The position numbers were made by a program, and so were the translations under genes. Positions 62,510-64,000 of a stretch of 64,000 nt of DNA are shown here, one piece after another. Position 1 is the stretch's first letter; every line of letters starts with the position of its first letter. The notes under the pieces were generated by a model. It ran no database searches. It worked only from the letters and a program-made list of their open reading frames with translations, and had not been told where the DNA came from. This DNA comes from Lingula anatina (lineage: Eukaryota; Animalia; Brachiopoda): NCBI GenBank assembly GCA_051362555.1, contig CM120640.1:7750001-7814000 (forward strand). The letters are read 5' to 3'.

Positions 62510-62775
62510 GTGTGTTCCCAATGAAACTATTGTTCTATGTGGATTGTTTCAACTCTTGAGGACTCTTGCTGAATGCAATCAGATTAAGTGAATGGCATGT
62601 ACTCCGTTACTTAAAGCTTTTTCACTTTGTTTTAATTGTGACCGAATGCACACAAAGTTAATCACTCCCTAGCTGCTATAGGAGACATGTTATTCATTTA
62701 ATCTGTTTGCATTCAGCGAGAGCCGTGCAGAGATGGATTGCTCAACATAGAATGAAAGTTTCATTGGGAGCACAC
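62510..62775. repeat. Foldback element P4
   Basis: Arms of about 95 bp: GTGTGTTCCCAATGAAACT..TTCTATGT..CTCTTGCTGAATGCAATCAGATTAAGTGAATGGCATGT vs ACATGTTATTCATTTAATCTGTTTGCATTCAGCGAGAG..ACATAGAA..AGTTTCATTGGGAGCACAC. The loop contains CACAAAGTTAATCACTCCCTAGCTGCT. Confidence 0.8.
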
Positions 62776-63282
62776 CCTTAGAATATCTATGGGGAGACCA
62801 GGTGAAGGGGAGTCATGTCCACAGGTTAAAAGAGCAGAAAGTGACCTAGTACAATGACATTTATACAAGAAAGGATTAACAGGGGAGTTAAAAAGAACAG
62901 CAGACAAAGGGAAACTGCTATACTGTCTTTAATAACTGGGAAGATACATTAAAATTTTAAGTAATAAAATATACCACTTCTGCAACACTGGTGTTACAGT
63001 AGATACAGCAAGGTGTAGACAACAGACCAAGGGTTAAGGAAGTGCAGGACACAATATAACAAGGACATGTGAGATGGTAACATAATATTATGGTAGGAAT
63101 GAACAGCTATGGTGCATCTTCAGATTTACCTACATCTTTTTTAAAACCACATCAGACATGAATCTGGCTTTTTAAAAAAATTCTGGACATCTACTTTGAG
63201 ACATCTACTGTGAGTTTATCTTTAAGATTCTCAGAACTCATTGGAATTGAATTAAAAGTCTCAGAATTCTGTGGATTCTCTT

Positions 63283-63319
<37 letters not shown>

Positions 63320-64000
63320 AAAAAGTTCATTTTCTCTAAAGTGATGTCTGGTTAGTGAACATATGGGTTACACATGTTTACATACTCGTAACAGCTACAA
63401 AAAAGGGGAGTAGAGACGTGAACACATAGTAAGTATGGACAGTTCTAGTATATTACCACATGTACTGGACACAAATAGCTGGACACAATAAGATTACCAG
63501 AAGGAATAGTTAGGGTGCAGGGATAGCTGGATAGTGGAACTGGAATACAGGACAGTGCTCAACAGTGAGGAGAGGGGGGGGGGGGGGGTCCTAGCTAGGT
63601 ACAGTGAGATATAGAATGGACAATTTGAGACAATTAAGTACCATTTATCCTGTGACTTCTGTACTCAGTCAGCTCCCACAACTGAAAGTAAATTAAAGAC
63701 CATGCAACTTCATTTCAAAATAATGACTAAATGCACCATGTTAAAAAAAAATTTTTTTTTACATGCTTGGATTATAGCACATTCGTATTCTTTCATGTTG
63801 TCACCCGAAAAAAATCCAAATACTCTGTTATCTCAATCTGCTCGTAACACACGGCAAACAAATATCTCACACACAAAATCATAATTCTCATCAGTTTTTG
63901 TCTCAAAAGGGATAAGCCATTTCATTCTGAATGATAGTATCCTCACTGTTTTAAGAAATAACCTGGGTAATAAACTGCAAAAGTAAGGAAGGTTGAAAAT

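Overview
AT-rich, intron-rich animal genomic DNA. The gene content (a spliced PEP mutase close to the Mytilus-type enzyme, spliced GH10 glycanases, HINE/pearl-like repeats) suggests a mollusc or other lophotrochozoan. Five complete multi-exon genes were assembled by hand from GT-AG junctions: SSRP1 (+, 534-7126); a secreted DUF3105/TP53I13-like gene (-, 9390-15705); phosphoenolpyruvate phosphomutase (+, 17880-30958) with an apparent mitochondrial presequence; and two tandem 17-exon paralogues (-, 33050-48665 and 50877-58475). The paralogues encode signal peptide + CBM4/9-like module + catalytically intact GH10 domain + a C-terminal triple cysteine-rich module resembling the PCSK9 C-terminal (resistin-like) domain. 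A probable last exon of a sixth gene lies at 62194-62252 (-). Introns hold many mobile elements: a Tc1 derivative made of two transposase 3' ends, an integrase-deleted BEL/Pao retrotransposon, two LINE fragments, several MITEs, four foldback elements sharing a conserved loop motif, and a 4.9-kb Helentron-associated (HINE-like) element carrying a 146-bp satellite with higher-order structure. The most notable observations are the GH10-PCSK9-like fusion, the presequence-bearing PEP mutase and the foldback family. All family assignments come from recalled motifs, not database searches.
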